The notes beneath the pieces are model-generated. The model was given only the letters and a program-made list of their open reading frames with translations, was not told where the DNA came from and did no database searches. From Takakia lepidozioides (Eukaryota; Plantae; Bryophyta), in NCBI GenBank assembly GCA_030704615.1, contig CM060732.1, forward strand, positions 37,572,001 through 37,636,000: a stretch of 64,000 nucleotides of DNA, read 5' to 3'. A program made the position numbers and the translations under genes. This document shows positions 27,485-41,720 of the stretch, piece by piece; position 1 is the stretch's first letter; each line of letters starts with the position of its first letter.

Positions 27485-29522
27485 CTACTACCTATGCGTT
27501 GGTCCTCACCACACTTTCGTATATAAAAGAACGAAATAATCTAACTTTTGTGGCAGGCCATGTTGCATTCGGACAACCACCGATTCGACATGCCTCATTT
27601 GATACATCTTACTTCGTAGCTTTATATCGTCACCTTCCGCTCAAAGTGCGAATAAGATCAAACATTTGACTTCGGTCAGCGTCATCTTCACTTTGTCGTC
27701 CAAGGCACTGCTGTTAACACTCCGCAATAGTTAATTATTCGTTACTCCTTACCCCTATTGGACCTAACCAATTTACGGTTGACTGGATCCATCATACCTC
27801 TCCAAACTCGTCCTTTTATTTTTATTTATTTTTAGGTAAAGGGAACGGAGGCCCTAATTATTTTATTAATAACCTTTTATTTTATTCTATAGAAATAAAA
27901 AGGAGATGGAAGGGGCCCAGGCCAAGTATTTCAAACCAGCTTTCTACCAAGTCTTACGCAACTTGGTCGTACAACTGACTTTAAGAAAAGGATGTTGAGA
28001 GACTGCACACCACAAACTGTGAAATGGAGTTGAACCTCAGATCTTCTGGGCCCCACCTTAGTCGAAGAGTGAATGAATGATGGATGGATGAAGTTTTGGT
28101 CGAGCAGTTGTCCTCGAAATTTCCGTGAAAAGAGGGTAGGGTAAGGGTAAACAAACTTCAACTTTTTGCATAAGAATAAAGTTTCTTTACTGAGCATAGT
28201 ACTGAGCACGTTCCTTATGGGTAAGAAGTAAAAATAGTAAGAGGGGTGAATTGACCGGCGATGACTGGTGGCGGTCGTCTCTCTCGCGGTATGTGTGTCT
28301 ATCTGTCTGTGTTCTCGCCGCACCCACGGCCCACGTTGTCCGTCTCTCGTTCTCTGACTAGTCACACTCCATTAATAGAAGCTTGCAGTCATGGTGGTAG
28401 AGTCTGTGGATTTTTGGTAGGTTCACAATTGCTGTCTCCACGGGCGTTTCCTGCAGTGATTTCCGCATCACCTTGCAGCCAGCGATTGCACTACTCCAAA
28501 GAATTGAGCTTGCAAGTTTGGTTCCAGCATATGGAGATCCTGTCTGTGGAGTCACTCCCTTTGTGCATCACAAAAAGGGATTATCTGTCTTGCTCTTCGC
28601 TTTACCATCCGCACTTGCAATCTTGAAACTAATCTCAATTGCACTGCATACATACAAAACCCGGTGCTTTACCAGGACCATGAGCAGATTCAACGCTTCG
28701 AACGTCGAAGAGGAAGCTGGAACCGAGTGTGGATGCAGGCCCTCGCTTTCAAGGAAATTCCTACTGTGCAGGCCTGGTGTGCAAGAGCGCCAACTGTATT
28801 TCATAGCGCTAATTGTAGTCGCAGGAAGACTGGTTCACGGACAGTGAATATGGATTTAGCAAGGTTTCGCGTGTGGGGTCGATGGGTTTGTGGTGCCAAT
28901 TCGAATGGATAGAAAACGCGAGAGTAGATTAAAAGGAATAAGGGGGCTCGATTCGAGCAACACCGACCTGCGCCAACTCATGGGTGGGAGACTTGCACCG
29001 TAGAGACCATGTATAAACTGTGTAAAGAGAGAGCCAAATAGAGTGCGGGTGTGGTCTTCGGGCAGGTGACCTGCAGGGCGGATACCTGCTATGGCACAGA
29101 CAGATATTCCGTGATACCATTTGTGATAATTACTAGGGGGACTCTTAGTAGTCCGCAGAAAGTGAGGAGCATGGGAGCCGCGCAGTGGTTTAGATTAAGA
29201 TAATGCAATGGATTGACCGCACCCCCTAGATGTAAGTATTGAGCTGCCCTTTTTCATGTTGGATTGCTTTCCGTGGACATGGAACTCAGGCTGGAATGCA
29301 ATTTGTTAATCGTGCGGCGAAGGAGGCTTTCGCTATGGCGAACTCGGCTGACAAGTTGGAAACTGTCTCCTTCCAGGACTGCTTACTTCGACTTTTTAGC
29401 CCTCAGAAAGAGCGCAAGAATACCAGGATTTGAAGCCTACGAGGAATTTCTCTGAAGTCGACGTCAGACAGGATACTCAACTTACTTTTATGGAAATTGC
29501 TCACTAAGAAAGGAGCCACGCA

Positions 29523-32500
29523 ATGGCTATATTGCCATTCTTCTTACTCCTTGGACTCTCCTTCAACATTCTGTTGTTAGCCGTACTTCCATACCCAGTG
29601 TCTTCCACGCTGTCGTACGACTATGTGACCCTTAACTTCACAGCATCCCCGTTACAGTACATAGACAACAACGGGTTCTTTCTCAAGTCCATCGATGGCT
29701 CGTTTGCCCTCGCATTCTCAAGCAATAGTGGGGACATCACAAATTTTTACTTGAGCATTGTTCACGTATCCACGCTAGTGATAGTCTGGTCGGCAAACCG
29801 GAATTCCCCTGTGGGTGAAACTGACGTGCTGGAGTTCCGAAGTAGCGATGGAAACGTAGTGCTACATGCAGGTCGGACTTTAGTCTGGGAAACAAATACC
29901 ACAAACCTGCGGGGCACTATTTTGCAGCTGCAAGAGTCTGGAAATTTGGTGCTTCTCACCGCAGTTGTGCAAGGGACTGTGCTGTGGCAGAGCTTTGACC
30001 ACCCATCAGACACTTTGTTGTCTGGCCAGGTCAGCTTTCCCATAAACATTGATTTGTTGAATTCCAATACTTTGTTCAGAAAGCCTGAAACAAATACTGC
30101 ACTGCTCACTGCGTAGATATCCTTGCAGTTTGGCCAATGGTCTGATGGTTTAGATGGAGGTAGATTCCATTTGTCAGATATTTCAGGATTTATGATTCCC
30201 TTTTATTGGTGCTGCTCATGATGGGGAGTTGGTGGGAGATTCCTTGGCTTTTTCCTCCTCAAGCCAATAAACAAATTTGTATGTGCACTGGGTTTTTGTA
30301 AAAACCATACAGGAGACATGTTCTGTTTCTAATATTTCTCTTTTTGCAACCAGAAGCTTCAGTCTGGCATGAGACTGATCAGCAGCGTTTCATCAACAAA
30401 TGTTTCTGAAGGATTGTACTCCCTGGAGATGAAAGCTGGGGATGACCTTGTGCTGTATGCTGACTTTCCTCCTCTGCCACAACCTTACTGGACAATGAGA
30501 GGCGACAGCAATACCGTGACAGAAAATCCAGGAACATCCTCATATGCATTGATTGACAATGGGATATTAGGTGTGTATGGCAATGGATCTTCGGCCCCCC
30601 TTTATGAGATCACATTAGACCAGTCCACAACAATGCTGCGGCATGCAACACTTGGAGCCGATGGAAATCTTCAAATTTACTTCCTTTATGGAGGGTGGAA
30701 TCTTGCATTTCAAGCAGTTTCGACAAGCTGCAATCTCCCAAGCTTTTGCGGGGCCTATGGGATTTGCAACAATGCTCAATGCAACTGCCCTCAGTCCTTC
30801 CAGCCAGTGAACAGTACAGATGTTTCGTCGGGCTGTCTGCCTCCAAGTACCCCACCATCTTGTCCAAATGCTTCAAGTGAGGGACTTCAGTTTCTTGACA
30901 TGGGCTCCTCAATTACGTACTTTGCCAACCAGTACTTAACCCCTTTGACTACAGGGCTGGCATCATGCCAGCAGCTGTGTCTTAGTAACTGCTCTTGTGC
31001 AACCTTCTTCTACTATAATGAAACAGGGTCCTGCTATCTATCTCAGCAATTGGAGGGTAGCCTCTTGTATGACGGCAAGGCGACCCACCTGGCGTTTGCT
31101 AAGATCAAGAGCAAGAATGGGGTTTCTGCACCAGGGATACAGAGCAATAAGGGAGGAGGTTTGTCATCGTCATCTGGTATAGCTATTGCAATTGGTGCTG
31201 TGACTTTGGTCATCATTGCTGCATTGTGTGGGGGTGCCTATTGCTGCTACAAGAAACGGAGGGGGGTTGAAAGTCCCCAAGTTCCCTTGGAAGACGAGAT
31301 GTTTCTGGACTCAATCCCAGGCCTGCCGACACGCTTTTCCTTCAAGGAGCTACAGTTGGCAACCAGCGAGTTCAGCAAGAAGCTTGGAGCTGGGGGTTTT
31401 GGATCAGTTTATGAGGGCGTGCTGTCTGGCAGCCGTAGGATCGCTGTCAAGCAGCTAGAGACAGTTGGGCAGGGTCGGAAGGAGTTCCGTGCAGAGGTGG
31501 CAACTATTGGAAGCATTCACCATGTGCATCTCGTCCAGTTGATAGGATTCTGTGCCGAGGGTTTGCACCGTCTCCTTGTGTATGAGCACATGGCCAATGG
31601 TTCTTTGGACAAGGCCTTGTTTACAGACAACGAGAAGGGGTTAGTGCTTGATTGGAAGACACGGGTTAACATTGCACTAGGCACGGCAAAGGGTTTAGCC
31701 TATCTCCATGAAGACTGTAGGGAGCGCATCATTCACTGCGACATAAAGCCAGAGAACATTTTACTGGATGATAATTTCTTGCCCAAGGTGTCAGACTTTG
31801 GATTGGCAAAGCTCATGAACCGAGAAATGAGCCAGGTTTTCCTCAAGTCTCTCATGTCTTGCATGTTGATTATTGCTGCAGGCAGGCAGGCAAACACCCT
31901 TGAGAAATATTCCAGTTGCAAACTATTGCAAAAAGCACATCATAACAACAAGATACCTGCTAGAAATACTGTCTTTAAAAAGTCTGTGCCTGTGGTTGTG
32001 TATTTCTTCCTCAATTCCTCATGCCTTCACTTGGTTGCTGCTATTTCAACTACACTCATCAGTGGTTGGCTGTGGCATGAGAACTGCTCATTTCTTATGC
32101 TTTTTCAAATGTGCGAAATACTTGTTGTTCTCCGACACTCCTCTCTGTGGAAACCACACACATGTTGGTTGGAGCAAGCTTGGGTTTTACTTGAGAGAAA
32201 AGAGTATTCATGAACCCTACAGGGGTTATTGGATCTTTCACTTTAGCCAAGCAAGTAATTTTTTGTGATCATTATCGAGGTGGCTTGAGAGTGAGTTGGC
32301 TCTGATTGGCAGGTGTTCACTACCCTCCGAGGCACACGTGGCTACTTGGCACCTGAATGGCTCACGAATTTTGCCATCTCTGAGAAAAGTGATGTGTATA
32401 GCTTTGGGATGGTGCTTCTGGAGATAATCAGTGGCAGGAAAAATTTTGATCCAGCGGAAACATCAGAGAAGTGGTACTTTCCTGCATATGCTTATCGGCA

Positions 32501-33507
32501 GGCAGAGGTTGGCAAGGTTAAAGAGTTGGTGGATCTGAGGCTCCATGGTGTAGCCAATGATGAGCAGGTAATATACTCATGCAGACCTGATGATATGAAG
32601 TAGAGGCAGAACCCATATGCAAGGGTCTGTGAAATGGTTTACTCACGGGACTAAGAGATTTTTTTATCACAGGCATGTTCAGTGTGTTTGGTTTGAAGTT
32701 TGTGAGGGGTTTATACTGGTTGTGGGGTCTGCCAGTTGCATTGAGGAGGGCCCCGTAAACTTCCTTTTTTCTGAAGGAGTAATCAAAGATTGAAATGCGA
32801 AACTGTGAAGAAACTTAGTGGACTAGGCCTTAGATGCCATCAGACAGTAGATTGCCGAAGGTCTTCTCCATCCTTTTGTTTTGTATACTTTGTTAGAGGC
32901 CGCACTTGGGGTCCATGAGTGCAAAATGACTGAATTATAAGTAGGGACAAATGCTTTACCGGTATATCTGGTTTGGAGATCCCGCAAATGCATTAACTTT
33001 CACTTCAAGTAAGGCCGATCTCTCTCAACGTACCTGCCCCACCTTCCTTTTGGCAAGAATTTGAGAAGCACATGCCACTCATTCAAATGGTCAAAGAGCT
33101 TTCATTTCTAGTCCTCTATGGCATTCTGTGGCTCGATCCACATGAAAGTTTTTGTTGTTTCAGGATGTTGAATTGTGTTATGGGGTTGATCACATGTATT
33201 CCACTGTAGATTTCTGGTTCCTCTTTCCCTCTTTTTGCTGTTCTAAGGTGGGTTGTGGATCTTGCAGGTGAGCCTGGCATTACGGGTGGCGTTCTGGTGC
33301 ATACAAGAGGATGTAGCACTGCGACCTTCGATGAGCAAGGTGGTAAACATGCTGGAAGGCAATGTCAAGGTGTCTAATACGCCTTCCACCCCACACTTCG
33401 CCAACCGATTGCAGGGAAGGATGATTGATGCTGCCAGTGATATAACAGGCAGTGACTACAAAAGTGCAGACTTGTTGTCTGCTACATCCCTGTCAGGCCC
33501 CAGATGA
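29523..33507 (+). CDS. G-type lectin S-domain receptor-like Ser/Thr kinase (SD2 type, SD2-5-like). Exons 29523-30029, 30354-31835, 32313-32567, 33268-33507
   Basis: Signal peptide, B-lectin ([19 protein letters not shown]), EGF-like and PAN cysteines, TM helix, kinase motifs [32 protein letters not shown], and SD2-type C-terminus [10 protein letters not shown]. Confidence 0.93.
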
Positions 33508-36268
33508 TGATGAGATCCTACAAGGGATCCTCCTTTTCTTTCACGATTTTGCTTGTAGCCCTCAATCACATCAAAGCCTCCCCAGGGTATGCTGAGCAAG
33601 CCAAGCCTGGCAGTGGAGCTCTGCGCCAAATTCTATGGCTCTGCCAAGGAGGTTTGTCTTTGTGCCTGCTCTGTACCGCAAGATTACTCAGGGGACGAAT
33701 GTACATTAGAAACTTGCCAAACAAATGTTCAGTAGCTACTACAACAATTGACACCATGTTGAAAATCCTTCGGGCCATGATCTCTCTTTACAGAGAAAAC
33801 CAAGATCCAGTCCTTTGGACACGGTAATGTATATTGTATAATGCAGAATGTGCTTCCTTCAAATTTGAGATCTACAAACACTGATTGTTGCGGTCTATTT
33901 TGTATCTATCTGTGGTGCTCACAACATCAAACAACATAGCATTTGAAACGTTGCTGCCCATTTAATTTGTTTTACAGGAGGAAAGGTAGGGCAGTCCTAC
34001 TGTTTAGTTTGGACAGTGGGCAATCCCAACCGTTCGTTATGAAAGATTGGGCCATGTTTTGGCCTTTGGTCTACCAAAGGTTGGACTCCATGTGAAGTCA
34101 CCAAGGGACATCACTGTTGTCTATAGATGCAGGGCGGGGAGTCTCTTAAAACCGCTATCTATCCTAGCAAACCCCTCCTCTGCACAGACTCATCTTGAAA
34201 CTGCAGCCATTTACTCGGCCATCAACCACCATCAAATATCAAGACTACTCGCATTTTCTCCTTGTCTCTCCCATACACAGGTCAATTCCATTAACATGGA
34301 GAGCCTACAGTGGTGGTGATGGCACCTCTCAGGCTACCTCAGGCACCTAGAAAATTCTTATCCCCATCTGACTTGGGCGTGCAAAGCTTACAAGTAGTTT
34401 ACGAAAAGGACGCATTCCTCCCTCTCCTCCTTCGCACGTAGGCATCCAGCATGACTAGTTTTACACTTCATAAGCATCTGACTATCAAAGTGTTTACCAC
34501 ATACTAGCCAGAATATGGCTGGAATCTTTGTTTGTTGACGCCTCTGATCAAAACAAACACACAAATATCAACATTGGCCTCTTTTGCATCCAGCAATTCG
34601 CCTCTCAACTATGCCAAGTACAGTTTTAGGTACTTGAACTTGTGCGTCATCGCGGAAAGAGTACCTCCCCGCTCGGCGAGGCCGCCTGTTACTATGACAG
34701 TCGTAGTGGAGGCCGGGTTCTAACCTGGTCCACCCCCTCCTTTGCAGAAGGCGAGTGAAACACAGGCCATGCCCCTCTATCCTCCCTGCCTTTGTCCTAT
34801 CTGGGCTCTTGGACGATGTAGATGCAGTCAGGCTTTGACGTCCCGGTTACCCAGGACGGAACACAGCCATGACATTGATCCATCCTCCGAGCCCAGGCAT
34901 CTAGCTGCTCCCGGCTACTAGACTTTTAGATGTCCTGGTTTGTCTATTGATCTAATAAGTACTACATTTGGAAGCTTTTACAAAACATTTGTACAAAAAA
35001 GTCATGTTCTTCAATGCTTGGCGCACCTAAGAAGATTTCCAATGTGCAATTTGGACAAGAGACCAGCTCTCTGCAAATTGAACGAGGCTTTCTCACGATA
35101 GAAAACGGACACATGCTGATGGCAGACTCCATGTCTGCTGAATGCGGACCGTGATTGACTGGTTGGCCTTCAGAACCAGAACAATCCAAGACAAATAGAA
35201 CAACCAGTTGTAAAGCACGCCGGGGGAGATAAATAGAAGTCTGCAGTCCTTTCGAGTATCATTCATGCACGTGAAGGTTTACTGTTAGACTTGCCCAATA
35301 ACAATTCAGTAACCCAAGTGTGTCTAGTTTCAGAGGTTCAACAGTTTGTTTAGTTAGATCTGCCTGGGAAGGTTGTCAGGTGATACGATTGGAGTTTTCC
35401 ACAAGTGCAGAACCTCAGAGTTGAATCAATTGAATATGCTCTCTTCAACAAGGCCCAGTTTGTGCACTTTAAGAATGCTCTCGGGAACCCCTACGTTGAC
35501 GCGAAAATGAAGGCAACGACGGGAAGCTGATGGGACAATCAGGTGTGAAGTTAGTCTGCTGAGTATAGCTGAATACAGGACCCCCAGGGTCGTCAAAGAA
35601 GAAAGGAGGGATCATGAATCTGGAACTATCATGTTTTGATGACTACTTCACAAACATGATAAAAATCAATCATTTCATTACATCAACACGCTGTTGGCAC
35701 AGTCAAACACTGAAAAGTGGATCCCGTTCCCCCCTATCTCTCACGATGCAGAAGTCCATCCTGCTCCCCACCAATCTCTCTCGCAAGTCAAGTTCCCCCC
35801 TTCAGGCGGTAAAATGAGCAAGTTCTGCTACGTTACCCCTGCCATCTCGCTCTTTCTCAAGGCGATGACGCAAAAAGAAAACCTAAAGCATCTGCAGAGA
35901 TTTCATCTTCCCGGTGTTCATCTTCATGTGCCTCTCTTCTCAAGTCTTTCTTCATAAGATCTAACATAGTTCTTCCCATCCCCCCGGCTTTCCAAGTTGG
36001 TTTAATGAGCCGCCACGCTCACACACCCTCCCTCTGCCATTGTCTCCGGCACTTAAGCTCTTGTCGCTAATCGGTGGCTCCCCGAGCCCTGCAGTGGTCT
36101 GCACGATGCAGCAGCTCTAAATGAGCCTTGAAAGAGTTGCAGTATGAAGACGCTGCCAAGCCGCCATGCATTCTCTACAGGAAGGGAAGATTACTCTTCT
36201 TCAATTAACCCCTCCTTATCTGCTGCATAGACCAAGGATAGAGGCGAGCTCATGATTTTTTTCTCTAA

Positions 36269-39200
36269 ATGTTGATGTTGATGCAATTCTCCATGCATTC
36301 AGCTGAATCAGCTATCTATCATCTCTCACAGCTTGTCGCATTTGCTGTCTCCGCTCCACATTGTTCCCTCGCAAAATCCACATCCATCCCACCCCTCCAC
36401 TCGCTACCTCATCCCTCTCCTCCCTCCACTCTAATTCTTAATCCCATTCTTACTTCTCACGCCTGCTGTCTGCCTGAAGGGCCAATACGCCTGCTAATCG
36501 CAGTTCTGTTGCGGCTGTCCCATGGATTCCAGAGGTCGTGGATCCAGGAAGGCGAGACGTGGAGGAGTGTCCGGAGGTTTGTCTCAGCAGCGAAAACCAA
36601 AAATCAGATTTGGACCAGGATATCCTCCATGTTGCAAGTCGATGCTGCCTCCGTTCTAGGAAAGGGCCCCTCAGCCTCGGCCCCCCCACCCTCACAATTG
36701 ATGATTAAGAACGCATGGGAGGACACAACGGTGCAAGAAGACAAGGAGCAACCTGTCATAAATTTGAATAAAGCTAAGTTGCAGGCTCAAGTGCAAAAGT
36801 TAACAAAGACAGGCATCCTCTTGTACTTCCCTTGAAAGCCGCGGACGAGAAAATCAATTCGTACTTGGATTATTGAGCACCTAGGAACTGTTGGTGGATT
36901 GGCACAACACTTTAGCCTTTCAATGGGGAAAGGCTTCTACGCAATCATCTTCAACTCACCCGCAGATGCAGAAAAGGCTTTGCGCTTCAACACGCAGACA
37001 TCCGCCTCTAAAGTCCACATCTTTCCATGGACTCAGGATTGGGGACACAAAAAAGGCATCTTGTGGAAGCCGAGAGTCATTGCCATCCCCTTCCTACCTC
37101 CCACGTATCTGACTTCGCTCCCAGAGATAGGTGCTAGCTTTGGTTCATTCATAGGGGCAATTAATGTTCTGGAGCCAGCTCAGGACAAAATTCTCAGTGT
37201 CAATACCGAGGTCACACATTCTCAGGTTAGTGAGGACATTGGCATCCCCAAGATCATTGTGCTCATGCCTGAAAACGCAGCCATTGGCACCTCTATCAAA
37301 CCGCCCACCTTGGATGACTCGTACATCGTGGTAGCAGTGAAAGAGGAGGTTCTCTCGGTGATCTGTTACCACTGCAATGCCGAAGGGCATATCAAGGCAG
37401 ACTGCCCAAACATCAAGATCACAAGAAAGGAGGAGGGCTCCTCCCAACCACTCGATACCTCCAAGGCCAATCAAACGCAGCAGGTGCAAGAAGCTGGAAA
37501 ATCAGATGATCAAACCATGGTTGATATGCTGCCTTCCAAGAAAAGAAAAAGAGTCTCCGAATTGATAGAAGATGTGTCCCCCAATAAACCAACAGGATCG
37601 GGCTTCTTCCCAGTGCGTATCATGGAGGCTTGGGGATCCTTCCCTTTCTCAGTCTTAGATATGCAGCAGCTGGACTCCACCAGCTTGGCAATCACGATTC
37701 TGGAGCTGCATTCTTTCAAGCTCAGCCCCCTGCCAGGGTGGGAACCAGGCTCCTCGTTTGAGAGAGAAAAGGCGGCAATATGCGTCACCCCTCTGCTCTA
37801 CAATTTTGTAGATGATTACACCAGTTTCTTCCTTCCAAGTGTGAAGCAAGGATTCCACTCTGCATGGGTTTCAAAAGCACTGGCTCTTCAGTTCGGCATT
37901 GGGAAAGAAAGAGAGCTCGCATTGACCCTCACGCAAAACATTCTCAAGGACTTCTTTCCAAAACTGAACCTTACTCTATCTCATGTGCAGCATATTGGCA
38001 TAATGGTTGAAAATATTGCCTCTCCTCCAGACCTTGCTGTTGTTCATGTCATGCCCGTCATTTTCAGTAGGGGCTTGGATACCTCAGGGGCTCATAACTC
38101 ATGGATTTGGGTGAGTAAGTACTACCTGTCTTATAGAGTCAAAGACCCCACTGAGTGGCCAAGAGGCAGGAAAATAATGGAGGTAGGATCCAAGCTGGTA
38201 GATGAGCATTACCAGCTGCTACATCCTCGGGAGGAATCTGGCCCCAGCAGGAGCCAAATCTCAACACGCAAATGGTGTTGGCAAACACAAACCGCTTCAA
38301 CGCATCCTCCAATGCTGCAGCAGATCACTCCATCACCTTTCTGCAGCCGGAAGAGACAGTGGACTCGCGCCCACAGGTGAGCATCTCTACTGCGTGCTCC
38401 CCCTCTTCTTCTATGTGCTTGACCACTCAAACTGTAAACGGGTATGGACTTTGTTGCTGGACAGTGTTCATAAGTAGAAAATCCCGCCAGCCTGGTGGAA
38501 CTTAGCAAGCCTTCCATCCTCCCCACAATCCCTCTCCCTCCTTTCAAAACTCTAGCCTGGGACATCTCTGCAGACATGTTTTCAGTTCTTAGAGACGGAG
38601 CGACCCACTTCGTACCTTTTCAAAACAAATGCAAAAGAAAAAAGGCAACAATTGTGTTCACCTGTCAGCTCCCTGTTTTGATCCATCCTCCACAAGGGTT
38701 CAAGTGGTTCTCCACCCCACCCCCATCCGACAAGCGTCCAAAGTACTTCTTCATCCCACAATGGCCATCAAGTCACGCAGACATCGTGGGCCTGATAGTC
38801 ACACCCACATGAATCTGTCTCTCGTATCCTGGAATGTGAGAGGTCTCGGCTCTGACCACTCTGCCCCCCAAAAGGGCAAGGGTCAGAGCATGGGCCTCCA
38901 CTCTGCTACGTGATTCCAATATTATCTTTCTGCAAGAACATAAATTGAATCAACCAAAAATAGCTTCCATTGGTGCCTCCATTTGGCCTGCGGCCACAAC
39001 CTTCTGGAATCCCACCATCTCAGATTCCAGAGGGGGCACAGCAATCCTTGCTTCCCCCTCCTCACAACAATCCATTGTCTCCCATGAGATTTGGTTGTAA
39101 GGCAGAGTGCAGCTTCTTGTTTTGAACATAGGTCAATCTCTGGGGGAGGTGGGTTTTCTAAACATATATGCTCCGAATGGGGAGGAAGACAGGATAGACC

Positions 39201-41034
39201 TCTGGAACCATATCAGAAATAACATGCAGCAGCGCCATCATCTCCAGCACTGGCTGGTAGGTGGCGACTTCAATATGGTGGAGGAAAAAAAAAAAGAGGC
39301 TTGGGAGATTGGTGCATGGTCTCTCCATGACAGAAAAAAACACCTGGGATGCCATGTCCTTGTTAGTGGGGCTGCTTGACGCTTCGTCTCCAAGCCAGGG
39401 CGAATTGAAATTCACGTGGTCGAACAACAGGGACCCCCCTCACTTGTGCCAGGTTTGGTTGGACAGATTTTATTGCTCCTACACTTTGAAGTCTTGGTCA
39501 ACCAGTGTCCCGCTGCAGCCCATCCTCCCGGAGTTTGACCATGCCATGGTGCAACTGATGTTCAACACTCTTGGGTCCAGGGTGAGAGGCAGGGGCTTTT
39601 TCAAGCTAAACCCCATCATGTTGCAGGACCCCTTCATCATACAGACCCTTCAGAATGCCTGGGAATCAGCTTCCACCCAGCTAGCCTCACCCACTACCAA
39701 ATTTTTGGCAAAGATGGAAATGTTAAGAGACCTTTGTAAAGTCATGTCAAGGGAGAAGGCAGAAGACAATACTAGAAGGCAAAAGGCTCTGACTAAGTGC
39801 TTGAAGGTCTGCCAGTTTAAGCTGCAGTCGGGTCTGGAGGGAGCGCACACCATAACTGCATACAAGGATGCCAAGAGAAATCTCTCCATGTTGTTACATG
39901 CCAAGGAGCAATTCATTAGAGTCAAAGCCGGAGTCAATTGGAGTCTCAAAGGGGAAAAGATGAATAGATATTTCTTTGTCAAGGCTGCGCAGCGGAGAGC
40001 TGCCACAATGGTCCCAGCTTTGCGAGATGCAAATGGACATTTGGTAGATAAGCCAAAAATCATGGCAGAAGTGGCAGCCTCATATTTTCAAGCTCTCTTT
40101 CAAAGGCAAGATGTTTCGCAGCAGAAACAAGATGCAACAGCAGCCCTGTTGCACCACATCCCCTGCTCGATCTCTCAACTGGACAAATCAAACCTGGTGG
40201 CCCCCCTGTCAGTGTATGAATTGGGGCAGGCGGTCAACTTTTTGGCATCCCAAAAATCGCCAGGACTGGATGGTCTCCCTATTGAACTTTTTAAAGCACT
40301 ATGGCAAACAATTGGGGAGGACTTCCTCCTTATGGCAAACGATATTCTGGAAAAACAGATAATGCCCTCGTAGATGGCGGAAGGTCTTATTACTCTAATC
40401 TTTAAGAAAGGAGATAGAGAAGATATGGCCAACTACCGGCCAATCACTTTGCTAAACTCAACTTACAAGATTATTGCAAAGATCGTGGCCTTGAGGTTGC
40501 AGCCCCTCCTGCCGAAAATTATTAGGAAGGAGCAGACTGGCTTTCTCAAAGATCGCATGATTTTAGAGAACATCCTGTGGGCCCATGAGGCCCTTCACAG
40601 AGCAGAAATAAACAGCCAGCCACTGGCTTTCTTAATGCTGGATTTTCAAAAGGCCTTTGACTCCATTGATTGGACCTTTCTGGAAGGGGCTATGGAGAAA
40701 TCAGGGCTGGGGGGGGGGGGCTTTCCTGACATGGGTCCATATCATCTTGCATGCAACATCTAGCAAGGTCATGGTTAATGGGATTATATCTAAGCCCTTC
40801 CACATTTCCAAATCGGTGCGGCAGGGTTGCCCCCTGGCACCCTTCCTCTTCCTCATAGCGGCGGACTCGCTGGGTCACATGTTGCACTACAGGCAAGACA
40901 TTATTGGCCTTCACTTGCCCACGCTGACCCCGAAGATGCTGAAACTCTCAATGTACGCAGATGACACTACTCTATTGCTGGACAACTCCACAAAGGCCAA
41001 CATTGACAAGGCACTCCAAATTCTCCACACCTTC
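36269..41034 (+). mobile_element. Decayed L1/Tx1-type LINE: ORF1 (DUF4283-like region plus CCHC knuckle) and ORF2 (APE endonuclease plus RT), 3' truncated
   Basis: CYHCNAEGHIKADC knuckle; ORF2 ATG at 38809 LSLVSWNVRGLG, NIYAPN, GGDFN, KSPGLDG, NYRPITLLN, LDFQKAFDS, QGCPLAPFLF, YADD; premature stops and homopolymer frameshifts. Confidence 0.92.
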
Positions 41035-41720
41035 TACGACCGTTTGCCTTTGGCAGTGGTCAACAGGGTGGGTCAACCACGAGCAGCATTACCTACACTG
41101 CTCAGCTTCCCAGAATCCCATGCTTTTCGGGATGGTGGACCTGGCATTTTGTGGGATAGCCAGTTGCAACAATTAGTGGAGCCCAATGCTGACGAGCGCG
41201 AGCGGGCGATGGGTTTTACCACAGGTACCACGGCGGTGTCATCTCTTTCTGAGGCATCACGTCGTCAGGTGTTGGGGCAAGCAATGGATCTCAATTGCTT
41301 GACCTGGATTATCAGCTTGGCTATGGCTGAGCAGCGCAGAGTACGGAGTACACTTCCCTTCATGGTCTCCCTGTCTACCGAGACGGTACAGGCAGCGAGT
41401 GGGGGCGAGCAGGTGAGGACCACGAGGTGCAGGCCGCATCCATGGTACACGTGGGAGGTGCTCGAGGTTCAGAAGGAGTTGGCAGCCAAGGCGGCGGTGA
41501 TGGATCAGGTTGGGGATTTTTCTCGGATTGAGGAGGTCCTCAAAGATGGGATGATGGGGCAGGATGAGACATTGTCACTGACAGAAGAGGCAGTGGTCAC
41601 TGCTCAAGATGTTGCAGCATAGCAACCACGAGACGCGTCTTCTACCTCTAAGCCTGCTGGACTCAAGGTTGCAGTCACGGAGGACAACTGGGAGCCTGAT
41701 GTTGGACCTATAGTCACCGG
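41035..41720 (+). mobile_element. Fragment resembling the C-terminus of a retrotransposon-borne C5-cytosine DNA methyltransferase, joined in frame to the LINE RT
   Basis: EPNADERERAMGF (motif IX-like, 41179-41217) and RRQVLGQAMD (motif X-like) directly after the RT segment ...LQILHTF. Confidence 0.65.

Noticed and set aside
31836-32213. C-terminal extension of the 614-aa kinase ORF
   Set aside because: Read-through into an intron; the kinase resumes at 32313 after a canonical acceptor
34950-35600. Possible decayed LINE 3' region on the minus strand
   Set aside because: Only faint motif resemblance; insufficient support
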